The notes under the pieces: generated by a model | What the model saw: the letters and a program-made list of their open reading frames with translations, nothing else | What the model was told of the DNA's origin: nothing | The model's database searches: none | Shown: piece after piece, positions 1 to 13,039 of the stretch | How positions within the stretch are numbered: the stretch's first letter is position 1 | Layout: each line of letters starts with the position of its first letter | Assembly: GCF_018350175.1 (NCBI RefSeq) | Contig: NC_058383.1 | Span: 19,098,001-19,162,000 of the forward strand | Source of the DNA: Felis catus | Lineage: Eukaryota | DNA length: 64,000 bases | Direction of reading: 5' to 3' | Translations under genes and position numbers: made by a program

Positions 1-594
1 AGGTTTAAGTGTCTTCAGCTTGGTGTTACTAACACTCTGCCCCTGCCAGTTCAGTTTTCTGCAGGGTTGGGTCTGCCCTTCACCGATTCTGAGGGGTATT
101 TCACCCCTGCCTTCGTATCTATGGTACCTTATAGTCCTTCCGGTCCTCATATGGCTCCCATTTCACGCGGACTGCCCTCCTGGCAACTCTCCTCAGTGAA
201 ATCTGTTGTCTTACCCTCCAGTTTCCTGAGCCTTGGCTAGAGAGTTTTCTTAGGGACACAAATGAGTGTTTTCATGAATTACCCGTGCTTCCTTTAATGA
301 CTGCATTTCAAAGAGGTGCTTCTCTGTTCTATTTTGAGAGTATCATTCCTCTTTTCAGGTTGTAGAATTGTCCTCCAGTGCCCTATGTGTGATTATTTTC
401 CACGTGTTTCCTCATTTTGGGGTATGGAACTGTCTCTCCAGGCCTAGTATTTCCTCATAAGTAGGGTGGGTTTTCTTTGATCTTTTTCGCTTACACCTGG
501 CTGCTGTTAGGTTCCTCCTCACCTATCTTAAGGTCTTAATTGATTCTGATGGCTGGCATTTAGATCACTAAGCCAATATCTGTTTTTTTGGGGA

Positions 595-823
595 TTTTTA
601 TTTTTATTTATTATTTTTAAAGTTTATTTATTTTTGAGGGAGAGAGAGTGCACATGAGCAGGGGAGGGTCAGAGAGAGAGACGGAGAGAGAGAATCCCAA
701 GCAAGCTCCATGCTGTCAGTGCAGAGACCAACGTGGGGCTCGAACTCACAGACTGCAAGATTGTGACCCAAGTGGAAATCAAGAGCTCTAGATGCTTAAC
801 TGACTGAACCATTCAGGCGCCCC
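595..823 (-). mobile_element. Can-SINE (tRNA-derived carnivore SINE), older subfamily
   Basis: Reverse complement of the GGGGCGCCTG head ends at 823; AG-repeat and T-rich tail; degenerate TSD GTTTTTTGGGGGATTT-like on both sides. Confidence 0.92.
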
Positions 824-2109
824 TGGGTTTTTTGGGGGGATTTAAAAAATATTTTGTGACTCTGCTAGCTAGAGGTCAGACTCCTTTGCTCACCTCCTGA
901 TGTTTTGAATAAGGCAAAGAGGAATTACCTTTCTTAACAGAAACGGTTGATATAAAACTTCACTTCCCAAGGTGCCTCCTTCCTTCGTTTCTCTCCATCT
1001 TTGCCCAGTTTTCTTTGAAACTCAAGATGTAGTACACTGTTGCCCTTTCCACTCAGGCTCTCAGCCATGTGCCCTCACTGGGGATTACAGATGCTGGATG
1101 GATGGAAGCTGGAGGTGAAAGGTCCTGGTCTCCATGGAAAGTGGCTCATGTGCTACAGAGGGTAGGCCCTGCCTCTACCAGACCCAGCAATGTCACAGAT
1201 TTAGGGCAGTGGAATCCTTCAGTCTCCTTTCTTGGCTGCAAAGATACATTGATTCATGGACATTCCTTCTTGGTCCAGCAGAGATCATTGCCAATAGACC
1301 CCATTTCTAGCTCCTCTTGTAACATTTCCCTGCTTTGTGTGTCTCTTTGAGGTTTTGACTGAAAGACAGAAAAGAGGGGACAAATCACACATCCCTGGTC
1401 TGCCACCAGTCTTAACCTAGAAACCCCCCATTTTTTGATGGGTATAGGTCTTGATAGAGAGGAGGGGAAAGTGTGGTAGACATCTCCACTGGATTTAGAA
1501 TCAAGAAAGTATAAGTTGGTACCATGACCCATTTATTCACTCATTCTCTCGTTCATCACATGACAATGTACTAAGCTCTGGATTTATGTTAATGTTTTAT
1601 CAGGTCCTTTATCTTGATAGGTTCTAGAAATAAAAGATGGCTGCCTTTGGGTCCTTGTCCTGGGAGGAATTCCAGCACCAGCTCTGTGTGATCTTGACTA
1701 AATGACTCACCCTAGTAGTGCCTCATTTTACTCATGAGTAAAACAACCACAACAGCCCAAATGTCTGAAGGGACGTTGTAAGCTTGAGAGGCTGCAACAT
1801 ACAGGTGAGGTCTCTTCCACGTGCTTGGCCCTGGGGTCCACAAGCACGTTTGCTATGTCTGGATGAAGCACTTGGAATGTAGAGAGAGGGTCTGGGGTGA
1901 GGACACTGGTGGGAAAAGAGAGTTTTGTTTGTTCTTCACGGGTTCCAGGAGATGCTGGGCGGGCCAGTCTGGGCAGGGGCCCTGAGTGCCCAGAGGGCCA
2001 GAGCTCAGCAGAGCGAAGGTTCTTGGTTCTGGGTGCTGGGAGACATCATCTCCTGGGTCCCACCCGACTGAAGGGATTCTCCTTTTTCTTTGCTGGAAAA
2101 GTATCCTTG

Positions 2110-2790
2110 AAATTTCACTCATTCACTCATCAGAAAGTTTTTTGAGTGTGTACTATATGCCAAGTGCTTTTTGTTTTGTTTTGGGGGCTATTTCTTGGTA
2201 ATGAGGATTTAGTGACAAAAAAGACAAGGTCTCTACGCTTATCAACTTTTAATACTTTTTTAGGGGGGAGGGTAGTAAGGCAAAAAATAAATAAATAAGA
2301 TGGTTTCAGAGAGTGAGAAACTCAATGAAAGAAAGGTTGGGAGAGGGAGGCCTCTCTGGGCAGCTGATGTTTTCCCTGAGACTCATCTGTCAGAAAGGAG
2401 CCTCCCAGTGAAGATCTGGAAAGCTGTCAGGCAGAGGGGGCAAGTGCACAGTCCCTAAGTGGGCGCGGGGGTCGGGGAAGAGGTGAGTAGGTGATTGTGG
2501 AGTGATCGACACAAGATGGTAGGTTGAGCTGGAAGGGGTGGGCGTAGGGGAGGGTGATGCGCTTGGGACTTGTTTTGCAGGAATAGGCCACAGGACTTGA
2601 TGAGGAGGCCAGCAAAGGAGGGAGAGGAGTCAGGGGTGACCCCTGAGGTTCTGACCTGAGAGACTGGTGGGTGGTGCCATTTGCTGAGAAACCGGGGAGG
2701 AGCAGGTTCAAAGGAGAAAATCAGGAATTTCGTTTTGGGGCATATTAAGGGATAGATACTCATGTTGACATCTGACCTGCTGAGGACCAA
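2110..2790 (-). mobile_element. LINE-2 (L2) 3' fragment
   Basis: CATTCACTCAT end, TACTATATGCCAAG and typical L2 3' body motifs. Confidence 0.7.
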
Positions 2791-2804
2791 AGACAGAAGT
2801 CCAA

Positions 2805-2808
<4 letters not shown>

Positions 2809-2847
<39 letters not shown>
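2809..2847. repeat. (TG)n microsatellite
   Basis: Pure GT dinucleotide run. Confidence 0.98.
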
Positions 2848-2849
<2 letters not shown>

Positions 2850-2855
2850 CTGCTG

Positions 2856-3066
2856 AGAGTTTCTCAAAGTTGGCACTGTTGACATTTTAGATTGGATCTT
2901 TCTTTGCTGGGGGGGGGGGGGCTGTCCTGTGCCTTAAATGTAAGGCATTTAGAAGCCTCCCTGCCATTAGCACCCACCCGAGTGGGTCAAAATAACCATG
3001 AAAATGTCTCCAAGCATTGCCAAATGCCCTCTGGGGGACAAAATCGCTCCTGGCTGAGAACCAACA
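2856..3066. mobile_element. MER20 (hAT-Charlie DNA transposon relic)
   Basis: TTTCTCAAAGTTGGCACTGTTGACATTT...AAAATGTCTCCAAGCATTGCCAAATGCCCTCTGGGGGACAAAATCGCTCCTGGCTGAGAACCA matches recalled MER20 ends. Confidence 0.85.
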
Positions 3067-3919
3067 TGAAATCTTCACAGGGATGCTTACGGTTGTCATA
3101 GGAAGAAATGGAACACACACAGCACCACCCCCTCCCTTCCTCACATCCTGGGGCTGACATCCTTAACGGATCATATTACTTTTTCCTACGAATCTGAGAC
3201 ACCACATCAGGATCCTTCTTAACGCAATTGACCAATAGTCATCCTCAGTGACTGAGATTGGTAATAAGAGGAAATCCACTTAATCTCCCTGTTCTAGGGT
3301 TAAAAAAAAAAAAAGAAACCAGAATGCTCTCTGTGGCCCACACACTGACTTACACTAAACCCTCGACAGCCGTCCTTTTCCATCTGTGCCTCAGTGTCCC
3401 TGCGTGTCAGCTGAAAGCGAAGCTAACCGCTTTCTATGGATCTGACAGAGCCTTAAGTGGGAGGATCAATGAGATAATCTTGGTAACTCAATTTGAGTTT
3501 TTGGAGGCGGGCAGAATATTACAGAAATGCACAGCTGAATCATTATCTCATGGGGTGCTGTGAAGGTGAACCTGTAAATAATTAGAAAACATTTAGCTCT
3601 TCTAAAGTGCCAGGTTTAATAATGGGAATAACGAAAAGGAAAGGCTCTCAGAGGTGGGCAGGCAGGTTGGAAGGCCTGGCAACAGGCTGTCAGGCTATAT
3701 TGCTGGGAGGACGGAGCGGTGCTCAAGGCTACGGTAATCTGTGCGTGATGTTTTGTTCAGGTTCTGCGTAACCATGGACACAGACTCACCCCCCCTCCTT
3801 CTTTCCTTGGAGCTGATGCCACACTCCTGCACTGTGTATACACCATCCATGCCTGGCCCCCTTCCCTCTACCGCGACTCCTTCTGGCTTGGGCAGAAGCG
3901 AGGAGTCAGAGAAGGATCT

Positions 3920-4090
3920 AGACGGGGACAGCGTCTTGGAATCTGAATGCCAGCATTGTGGCTTCAAACCCTGCCTCTGCCCCTTCTGGAGCGTGTGATC
4001 ATGGATAAATCGCTCAGCTTCTAGGAGCCTCCGTCTCCTAATCTGTAAAATGAAGATAAAGTACTTGCCTCCCCTCCCCCAGGGTTATGG
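3920..4090 (+). mobile_element. MIR SINE
   Basis: Core-like GTGTGATCATGGATAAATCGCTCAGCTTCTAGGAGCCTCCGTCTCCTAATCTGTAAAATG. Confidence 0.7.
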
Positions 4091-4379
4091 GGGAGGGGTG
4101 AGGGTCAGACTCCCATCTCAAGGGCAGAAGCGCTCTGTGGGCTCTAAAAGACTCTAGAATGTGGCCGCACTTGCTGTATTGCTAATAGGGACCTCAGGAG
4201 CCCAGAATTACCGTAATCAAAATCCTTGATTAAAAGCCAACAAACCCAAACCTGCGGCTCACAGTGTCCTCTCACCCTGGGTCCATGTGTGGCCTCACTG
4301 TATTTTATTTATGTGTTTAATAAGAGCCTTCAAGAAGTGAGACCATGACTCTAGCAGCCCTGCAGTGTGGGGCCGCACT

Positions 4380-4610
4380 GAGTGCCAGATTGGGAAGCTT
4401 GCCCGGATGCTTCTCTCGGTTCTGGTCTTGCTGGTTGTGTAACCACAAGTTACTGACCTTCTCTGTGCCGCGGCTCCTCGTCTGTAAGCTGGGATAAAAA
4501 TGGTACTCACCTCAGTTGTTGTTAGAAGATTAAATGCGTTGGTATCAGTACAGCTTTGTAGGACCAGGTCTGGCAACTGAGCCTTTGTTAAGTCAGTCAA
4601 GTTTATCAAG
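4380..4610 (+). mobile_element. MIR SINE
   Basis: CAAGTTACTGACCTTCTCTGTGCC...TCTGTAAGCTGGGATAAAAATGGTAC...GTTGTTAGAAGATTAAATG. Confidence 0.7.
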
Positions 4611-7039
4611 CCTGACACTTGATATCCAGTTGTTGAAGAGCCGGTCCCAAAGCTGAGGGCAGGATGGGGGCAAGTGGACAGGTTGTAATTGCGGGTGGCT
4701 GGGGGCCCAGGTCAGACGGCAGGGTTAGAGGGGGTGGTGAGGACCTGTCCTTGGTGCTGATGTGGAGACATTTAATCCATGACCCGCAAGACGGAAGGGG
4801 GGGCGGCGGCGGCGGGAGGGACTCAGATCAAACGTGTGACTGTCAGGCAGTTGGGAGAGGTTTCAGGGTCCAGAGCGATGGAGAGAGGTTGGAGGTGGCT
4901 GCATCCCACCAGGGGAAACGTTAGACGGAGAAATGTAACGTGTGGCACTCGGGTCCGAAGAGCGGACAAACAGGGTGTAGCTGGTAAGACTGGATAAGGC
5001 TTTGGTTAACTGACTTTGATGTGAGAACGGGGCCTCGGCACGTAAGAAGGATGTACATGAGTTTTTATATTATTATTATTGATGCGGCTGCTATTGTTGT
5101 TTCTGTTATTTTGTGCCAATAGCGAAAAAGAGGTTCCCAAACCGGAATGTGGCCTTGGGTCCCATCAATAGAAACATTGTATACAGCACGAGGGAGGTGT
5201 GGCGCCTCTCTTCCTTGCCACCGTAGAGGCACATCCGAGGCATTTGGTTTCAGCTGTGGGTGGCCCCGGTGAAGAGGGACGTTAATGAACTGCTGTGGGT
5301 TTTCCGAAGAGGAAGCAGGCGGGTGACGCTCACGGGGAAAAGGAGGCTGTGTCTCATTCACCCGTTACTGGCTTGCAATTCTAGGAGTTAAGGAACAGAG
5401 GAATTCAGCCCTCATGGAGTGTATACTCTTCTAGAATGTATAAACCAGGCGCATGGCTCTCCTACACGCTGGGAGATGCCGTTAACAATGTAGGGGTTTC
5501 CGCTGTTGGGGAGAAGCATTTTAAGCCAAGGGAAGAAGGGAAGGCGGAGTGGTCTGGGGCATCTGGGAGTTGTTCTGAAATGTTTCAAGGGCGTCTGTTG
5601 GGGGAAAAGGCTCTGACTCGTCTTATGAGACCCAGTGTCACCATCGGAAGAAGACAGTGCTGGGAGGTCTAACAGAAGGACTGGGCTGCTGGGCGACTGC
5701 CTTAGTGGGGTCCCCGGGAGCCAACTCTGAGATGAGGGCTGGAGGCTTTGTGCGTGGCAGTGTACTCGGGAGGGGGTTCTGGAAGTTCTGGTGGAGAAGG
5801 GGAACCATGAGACAGGGTAGGGGGTGTGGGCGACGCTCACACCTGCTCTTGGCGGCTCACCCGCGGACTACGGGAGATGCCCCTGTGACGTGAGGAGTCA
5901 GGCAACTGCCCACCATCTGCCACGGGCCACGGCTCGTGTCACTAACTTGTCCCCACCCTGGGTGCTGGCTGAACCCGTGCTGGGGCCAAAGCGCTGGGAG
6001 GCCTCCAGAACCCTGGTGCGTTTTCCCCGAGGGAGTGTGGCCTGGCAGCGGTGAAGCGGCCCGGAGAACCAGGAGGACGGCCCTCGTCCCAGCTTTCCTC
6101 TGTGAGGCTTCAGACGGGTCACTTTCCTCGGGTGGAGGGAGCTGAGATTTCCCATCTGTAAGATGAGGGTTGGATGAGGAAATCTCTAATTCTAGAGCTG
6201 ACATTTTCGGTCTCGGGAAAAGCTTGAATAAGACATTAAAGCAATTTATTATTTGAGCTGCCATTAAAGTACAAAGGCCCTGGGTGGAAATTGGGGCTAT
6301 TACCATGGTGTGGCAAAGTGCTTCCTAATATTTTATGAATGAATCGTGGCCCCATTAAAGCCCCTTGTGAGGGAACGCACGTGTGCTCTGAGACCAGCCC
6401 GCGAAGGGTGAGGGGGTGACAAGATGATAAGTCATTACTGTCACTGGGATGTGCCCCCGAAAAGCTAGCAGTTGGGGGGGGGAGGGTCCCATGAGAAGGA
6501 GCCTCACCTATTTTATTTCATTTAAAAGGCACCATAAAACACCGTTTAATATACATATTCTTTAAAAACGATAGCTGTAATTCGCATGTACAGAGTTGGA
6601 GAGAGAATTCACCTGGGTTCTAGGCACTCCCATGTCAAGGTTGGGGAAACTGGTCGTTCAGAGCGGAGATGTTACCGATGTTTTTCAGTCGTGGTCTCCT
6701 TGGAGAGCAGGCGTGGAGAGCCCCGGACCTGCTGTCTTCGACAGTTTTCCTCTTCCCGCTAGGCTGTTTCCCCTCCTTAATATACTCCGTTATAGGATGC
6801 TTTTCCATTAATTATTGTCGTAAACATTTCTCCACATTCCTGCAGTCCTAATAATGATCATGATTAAGGGCGTCCTACGACTCCATCCTGTTCACAAAGC
6901 ACTCTTTTCTGAGTCATTCCTGTGTTGCTGGGCCTTTATTTTATCTTTTTGGTTCCTTTATAGCTTAATACCACACTGATTATTTTCTTGAATAGATCAT
7001 TTTTGTTTGTGGAATTATTTCCTTAGAACAATTTCCCAA

Positions 7040-7200
7040 GAGTATCTCTCTTTCTTCCTCCCTCCCTCCGTCCCTCCCTCCTTTCTTCTCCCTGCCTCTC
7101 CCTCCCTCTCCCTCCTTCCCTTTCTCCCTCTCACCTCTCTCTCCCTTTCTCCTCACTGTCCCTCTTTCTCTCTCTCCCCGCTCCCTTCTTTCCTTCCTTA
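7040..7200. repeat. Pyrimidine-rich (CT/CCT) low-complexity tract within old L1M-like fragments (~6880-7400)
   Basis: Almost pure C/T composition over ~160 bp. Confidence 0.85.
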
Positions 7201-7409
7201 TTCGATTTGATATCATTTAGATTTTTTGAATAATAATATATGCACATGATTTGAAATTCAAAAGCATAAAGCGATGCACAGTGTAAAGTCTCCCTGTTCC
7301 CAGCCACCCACTTCCTCTCCCAGGGGCAACCACTGGTAGCATTTTTCAAGTATTCATCTCTAACCCTTTTTTATAAATGGTGTCACAGCCTGCCCACTGT
7401 TCAGCCTGT

Positions 7410-8290
7410 GGGTGTGTGTGGGAGCGGATCTCCTTTAGATGGGGGGGGGGGTTATAGAGGCAAAGAGGACCTCTCTGAGGAGGTGACATTCAAGCGGAAA
7501 CCTAGAGGATGCTACGAATGGAAGAGGCGAAACCAGAAGAAGAGGCAGCAAGTGCAAAGGCCCTGGGGTCGGAGTTTTTGGCAAGTTTGAAGACATCTAG
7601 GGAGGCTGATGGGGCTATTGCAGAATAAGAGAGGGCAAATTTCTTGGGAGGAACATGGTCATGCAGAGCCTTGTTGACCCTGGCGGAACATTTCGGCTTC
7701 GTTCTAAATACACTGGGATGCCTTTGAGGGTTTCTATGCAGGATAGGATAGCATTTAACAAAAGAGCATTCTGACTCATGCACGGAGAATACTGAATACA
7801 GGCGGAAATAGGAGGGGTGACAGGTGGTGGTCCAGGCGAGAGACTTTGGGGCTTGGCTTTTGGGGGGAGACGAGAGAACTGGACGGATTCAGGATGCAGT
7901 TTGAAGATAGAGCCAACAGAATCTGCTGGCCAGTTGGATGTGGAGTCAGGGAAGAGGGGCACTGCGGACCACGAGATTTCCATCCTGAACCAATGAATGT
8001 GTTTCTTACTGTCATAGGGGAGGCTGAAGTGGAAACAGGTGGGGGTGTTGTTGTTGTTGTTGTTGTGTTTTGTTTATTTTTGTGATTATTTAGTGGGGAG
8101 AGAGGGATCTGGAGTTCAGTCCTGGCTGGGTTAAGTTTGTGATGTCTGTGTGACAGCCCAGAGGCAATGTCAAGTTCGGGGCCGGGGCGGGGGGGGGGGC
8201 GCGGGAGATGTCGGGGAGGGGAGAGGGAAAATAGACCCCAGGGATCAGAGTGTGATCTAGGCCAGAGACACCGACTGAGAAGCCATTCCT
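7410..8290 (-). mobile_element. LINE-2 (L2) fragment
   Basis: CCTCTCTGAGGAGGTGACATT, GCAAGTGCAAAGGCCCTGGGG, TTTGAAGATAGAGCCAACAG, GAGTTCAGTCCTGG motifs. Confidence 0.8.
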
Positions 8291-9988
8291 GGGGAGGGCT
8301 GAATCTCTGGGCATCATCACTCATTTTTGTAGTTTATTTTGTAATTTTCTAAATCTCCATGGCCTGTAGTGAACTTGAAGACATTGTGTGGCTGCTTGTG
8401 GTTGCATTCTGGGGGCTTGCTTGCTTGTTTCAGTGGCTTTACCTCATCTGGGGTGAGAACCAAAGTCAGCCAGGGACCGAACCTAAGAGGAAAAAAAGCC
8501 TTTCTGGTTTTCCCGCATTTATGCACCTCCAGCCATGTCTACCTTGAAAGCCAGGGTGCTCGCTGGAGAGGAACCTTCCAGTAAAGAGCGGGAGCTGACG
8601 CTCCTCCCATGTGTCTCCCGAATACTCAGGGGATGCGGCTCCCCACTGATCTTACTATAATGAATTCTAGTTGCTTTTTCAACGTAAGTCCTGATTTTCT
8701 CTACTTCCAGATTATTTTCCTTTCTGATGGGGTTCTCATTCCCATCCGCGCCCCCGAAGCCCCAGGACGCATTTCCTCCCCCCCCCCTCCCCTCCTCAAC
8801 ATCGAGGCATTGGAATCGGGACATGCACCTCCTCAGAGTGGCTGCGTTTTGGAAATCGACACGGCGTTCACCTTCCGTCAGACTCGGTGCTCTGTACATC
8901 CAGAAAGGGAATCTCGTATTTCTGTTAACATTTACATAAGGTAGCATTAACTCATTCGTTGGGCAGCTATTTACGGAGCACCGTCCACACGCGAGAAGGT
9001 AGGTGGCTTCAGGCTCCGCTAGATCCAGGTGCTTGCAGGATGTCGACAGGATTCGGCGTCTCTCTTCCTCTCCGCCTCCCTCTGTCTCTTCTTCCGTTTC
9101 TGTGTTTCCCTCCCTCTCTCAGACTTCTGCTTCCTTGGCTGGCTTCACGCTGTGGAAGCCCTCTTCCTGTAGTAGCCCTTAACAGCTCCACGTCTATACC
9201 CCCTGGCTGGGCATCGGTAAGCCTCCCAGGGAGGGGCTCGTTAGCCAGGCGTGGGTCGCACGCCCTCCCTAAGCCTGCCATTGTGAGGGGTGTGGCTCTA
9301 AAAGGCGAGGTCTGTGTCTTCCGCTCCCTTCTGGAACTGGGGGTGGGGTCAGCTCCACCAGAATCTCACGGACCCAGAGGGGCTGTTCCCGGAGGGAAGC
9401 CAGGATGCTGCTCCCACAGTTGGGGGGGCACCGACACCAGGCAGGCAGAACAGGCGAGCACCTGGCCACCTCGTTCGTCAAAGAGCTCCTTCACGTCTCT
9501 GTGCCTTGTGTGCGCACTTCCCTTCCGAAGCGGCCCCCACCTGGTCCTCCTGGAAAATTCCTTCCTCCTCCTTCCTTCAAGGTTGTATGAAGCTCCCTCT
9601 GTCTGTGACCCGGCATGCTTCGCCACACCCTGTTCTGTCTCCACAGCTCCCAGAGAAGTGTGAAGTCATTGTTCCTCCCACACTGTGTCACCGGGGAAGG
9701 CGCTGTGTGCACGGGGCCAAGTCCCCGGGATTTGGACTGTGTGCTTGGCAAGCCACCCTGAGACTTCTGGTGGTCTCCTCTGTGTCCTTCAAGCCCTAAT
9801 GCACAGTTGATGCTGCTTCCTTGATAAAGTGTCCTTGGCCCCTGTAGACGCGGTTAGTCACAGCTCTGTGGCTCCCGCTAGTGAGGTGAAAAGAGGGGCT
9901 GCAGGTTACACCATGCGAGGTTACTCCCTCCTATGGGATGGAGAAATGACCACTCTGTCCCCACCTCTGGCTCAAGGAGGCCCCTAGA

Positions 9989-10210
9989 GGGGCACCTGGG
10001 TGGCTCAGTCAGTTGAGCATCAGACGTCGGCTCGGGTCATGATCTCGCGGTTCACGAGTTCGAGCCCCGCGTCGGGCTCTGTGCTGACGGCTCGGAGCCT
10101 GGAGCCTGCTTCAGATTCTGTGTGTGTGTGTCTCTCTCTCTGCCCCTCCCCTGCTCACATTCTGTCTCTCTCTCCCTTTCCAATAAAACATTAAAAAAAA
10201 AATTAAAACC
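9989..10210 (+). mobile_element. Can-SINE (SINEC_Fc-type)
   Basis: GGGGCACCTGGGTGGCTCAGTC head, B-box GAGTTCGAGCCC, CT repeat, A tail; TSD AGGAG(G/T)CCCCTAGA. Confidence 0.96.
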
Positions 10211-11099
10211 AGGAGTCCCCTAGAGACCCAGGCAAACTTTGACACAACCCATCATCAGGAGGCCTGCCTGGGGGATGGAAACTGAAAATTCCTACGGCAG
10301 TGAGCCCGGGCGTTCTCATGCCCAACCATTCTTGAAAATCCATCTGAGATAAATCCGTGCCCCTTGGGGCTGTGCTGTGTTCAACGGCACAATGGATGCC
10401 TTCTCAGGATCTTTCACCGCCACTAGCCTGACCGGCAGCCTCCGAAGACAAGCCTTCCTCAGGTTGTTCTGGGCACGTGGCCAGTATAAGTGATCGGGGA
10501 GGACGCACCGAGGGCTCACGCCACAAGCTGTCTTAAAACTGTACTTGCGTTTGAACTTTGCCCCCCCACAACCCACATTTTCTGTAGAATTCTCTCTGAG
10601 GATGGCACAACCAATTAGACACGTACGCGCTATCCTTGTGGCTTGAGGGTTTTGGATAGTTGGGATCCGGTACCAGAAAGTTCTGGTCCAGCCAAGAATT
10701 GCATCCCAAAGTGCATTTGGATTTTATCGCCTGTCCATCCTCCTCCATTTATCCATCCCTCACCCGTCAATCCTTCATCCTTCCATCCATCCACTCATCC
10801 ATCCACATAGCCAGTTATCCACTTATGTGTCCTCCATAATCCACCCGTGTAACAAATATTTGTTGATGCCTCTGCTGTGCCAGGCACACTGCCTTTGGCA
10901 GGAGACTGCCCAGAGGGATAAGAAGATCCCTGCCCTGGAAGAGAAAAACACCGCGAAAGAGAGAGGTACAAAAGCAACGATAATTTAAAAAGAGACAGGT
11001 GACCCCCTCGCACCTCAGTGTCAGCCGTTTGCTTTATGCTAATGATGCCCATTTGCATATAATATACTTACACTCCGGTAATGAAAATGGCAACAGTTC

Positions 11100-11310
11100 A
11101 CATTTTTCCACTTCCTTATGCAGTGTTTTCTCATGCGTGGCTTCATTTGTGACTTAGGGCCATCCTTTGAGGGGTAGGCATTGTTATCTCTATTTCTCAG
11201 CTGAGGAAACTGAGGCCCAGAGAGGGCAGGGAACTGCCAAAGACCCTCTGCCGTGGGCGTGGTGGAGAAAGTACTCGGATCTGGTCTTTGGCTCCTGATC
11301 GCATGCTGTG
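11100..11310 (-). mobile_element. MIR SINE
   Basis: GAGGAAACTGAGGCCCAGAGAGGGCAGGGAACTGCCAAAG core. Confidence 0.75.
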
Positions 11311-11919
11311 TGGCAAGGCCTCCTGCGGCTTTGCTCACCTCGGGCTGAGAATCTGTCCGTCAGCTGCTGCAGGCTATGTGACATCTGCTGGTGTCACAGA
11401 AGGCGGCTGCCCCCCCAGTGCCCTGCCATCCATCACCCTCTGTAATTTACCTGGGCCGGGAATGAGAGGCTGCCTGACCGCCGGTCACCTCGGCAGGCTC
11501 CAAGAGCTCCCGAAGCTGATGCCTCCCCTCCCTAACCACTGCCTTCCTGGCGACAGGGAGCCACAGCACCTCTAGAGAGAGGGAATTACTGCGTCTGCCC
11601 GGGTGGGTAAAATGGAGGTTAAGCGTAGGGCCTATTAGGTCCCTTCTAGATAGTATGAGCCCGAGGCTGGCTCTCTCTTTGTGCATATTCTAGAGAGGCA
11701 TTAAAGACATATCAGCACCGAGCTGAGACTTTCTTCTTGGTATTAATAGAAGGACAGGAGAAGCATTAAAAAGGGGAATAATTTTCTTTCTCTGAGAGCT
11801 AAAAGCTTGGGCTTTGAAGCAAAACTACCCAGGATTTAAATTCTCGGGCGTGCAGTGAGGGCCAACTCCTATTAACGTTACTCTTATCAGCACCACAGGC
11901 AGAGTTGAAAAGCCACAAA

Positions 11920-12300
11920 CAGAATAATGTGGCGGTAAAGGGTTTACACTCCGGAATCATAGAGGCCCGTGTTCCAATCCCGGCTTTGTCACCTGTTACC
12001 TTTGCCACTTTGCCAGTGACTTGCCCTCGGCGAGCCCCAGTTTGCTCACCTGCTGGATCAGGATGGAAGTAAGAAAAAAAATAAAAAACCAAAGTCAACA
12101 CTAGGGGGCGTTTGCCGCGTGCCTGGCACCTCTGTACTGTAATGACTCACTTGGCCTTCATCGCCCTTTGAGATAGGGACTGCCACCGTCTCCGTTGGAC
12201 AGGTAAGGAAACCGAGGCAGCAAGCAGGGTAGCACCTTGCCCGAATCCCTACAACCAGTGAAGGCGGGATTTGAGCCCAAGGCTGTCTGACTCCCGAGGT
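11920..12300. mobile_element. Two adjacent MIR SINEs in opposite orientation
   Basis: GTTCCAATCCCGGCTTTGTCAC (plus) and GGAAACCGAGGCAGC...GGGATTTGAGCCCAAGGCTGTCTGACTCC (minus). Confidence 0.7.
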
Positions 12301-13039
12301 CCTCACGGGCTCAGCTGGAAAGATGAACGAAACGACACGCGTCCGTCAGCCGAGTGCCTGGCGCGCAGGACAGAAGCAGTAAAGGCGGAACTGCCGCTGA
12401 CGGCATTAGTTGCGACACTTTCCGGTCCTGATGATGGAAATCCTACCAGCTTACGCCAAGAAAATGAATTGAGTTGCACTTACGAACAACAGAGCCCGGA
12501 TACAGGGGCCCGAGAATGTCACGAACGGCTCTTTCGTGTCGCACGTAGATGGTCCCTCTGTTAGTTCCGTCCAGCATGTTAGCCGCCGGCTGCATAGGCT
12601 AGTGGGTTGACATGCACATGGATTAAAATCAAACAGAATTTAAATTAAACCTCACATAAAACGTAACTCCCTCGGCCCAGGCACATTTCTCATGTGGGCA
12701 GCGCAGAGAGTTCCATCGTTGCTTCCGTGGCTGTTCTCTGCGGAAATCAGCGAGCTGCCTGGAAGCCTTGCACTCGCGCCCTACCTGCTTGGCAAGTCTA
12801 GGCGTGAGAGAGCTTTTCCCTGGTAGCGGTGGCCGAAGATTCTCAGGGAAGGTTCTCATTGGTCTGTTTATATCACATGGCGATTCCTGAACCAATCACC
12901 ATGGCCCAGGGGGTTGTGAATGGAGCCCTCTGATTGGCTGGCCTAAACCATGGTGGGGACGATTAAACCAGCTCAAACCACCTGGGGCATGTGTCTGGAA
13001 TGGAGGAGAGGGGAAGGCAGAGAGTGAAAACTAACATCC

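Noticed and set aside
8959..9663. 234-aa ORF
   Set aside because: Non-ATG start, pyrimidine-rich low complexity, no family resemblance
9989..10080. tRNA-like A/B-box sequences at SINE heads as tRNA genes
   Set aside because: They are the tRNA-derived heads of Can-SINEs, followed by CT repeats, A tails and TSDs
11886..11906. REST/NRSE-like ATCAGCACCACAGGCAGAGTT
   Set aside because: Two mismatches in the essential GGACAG half site
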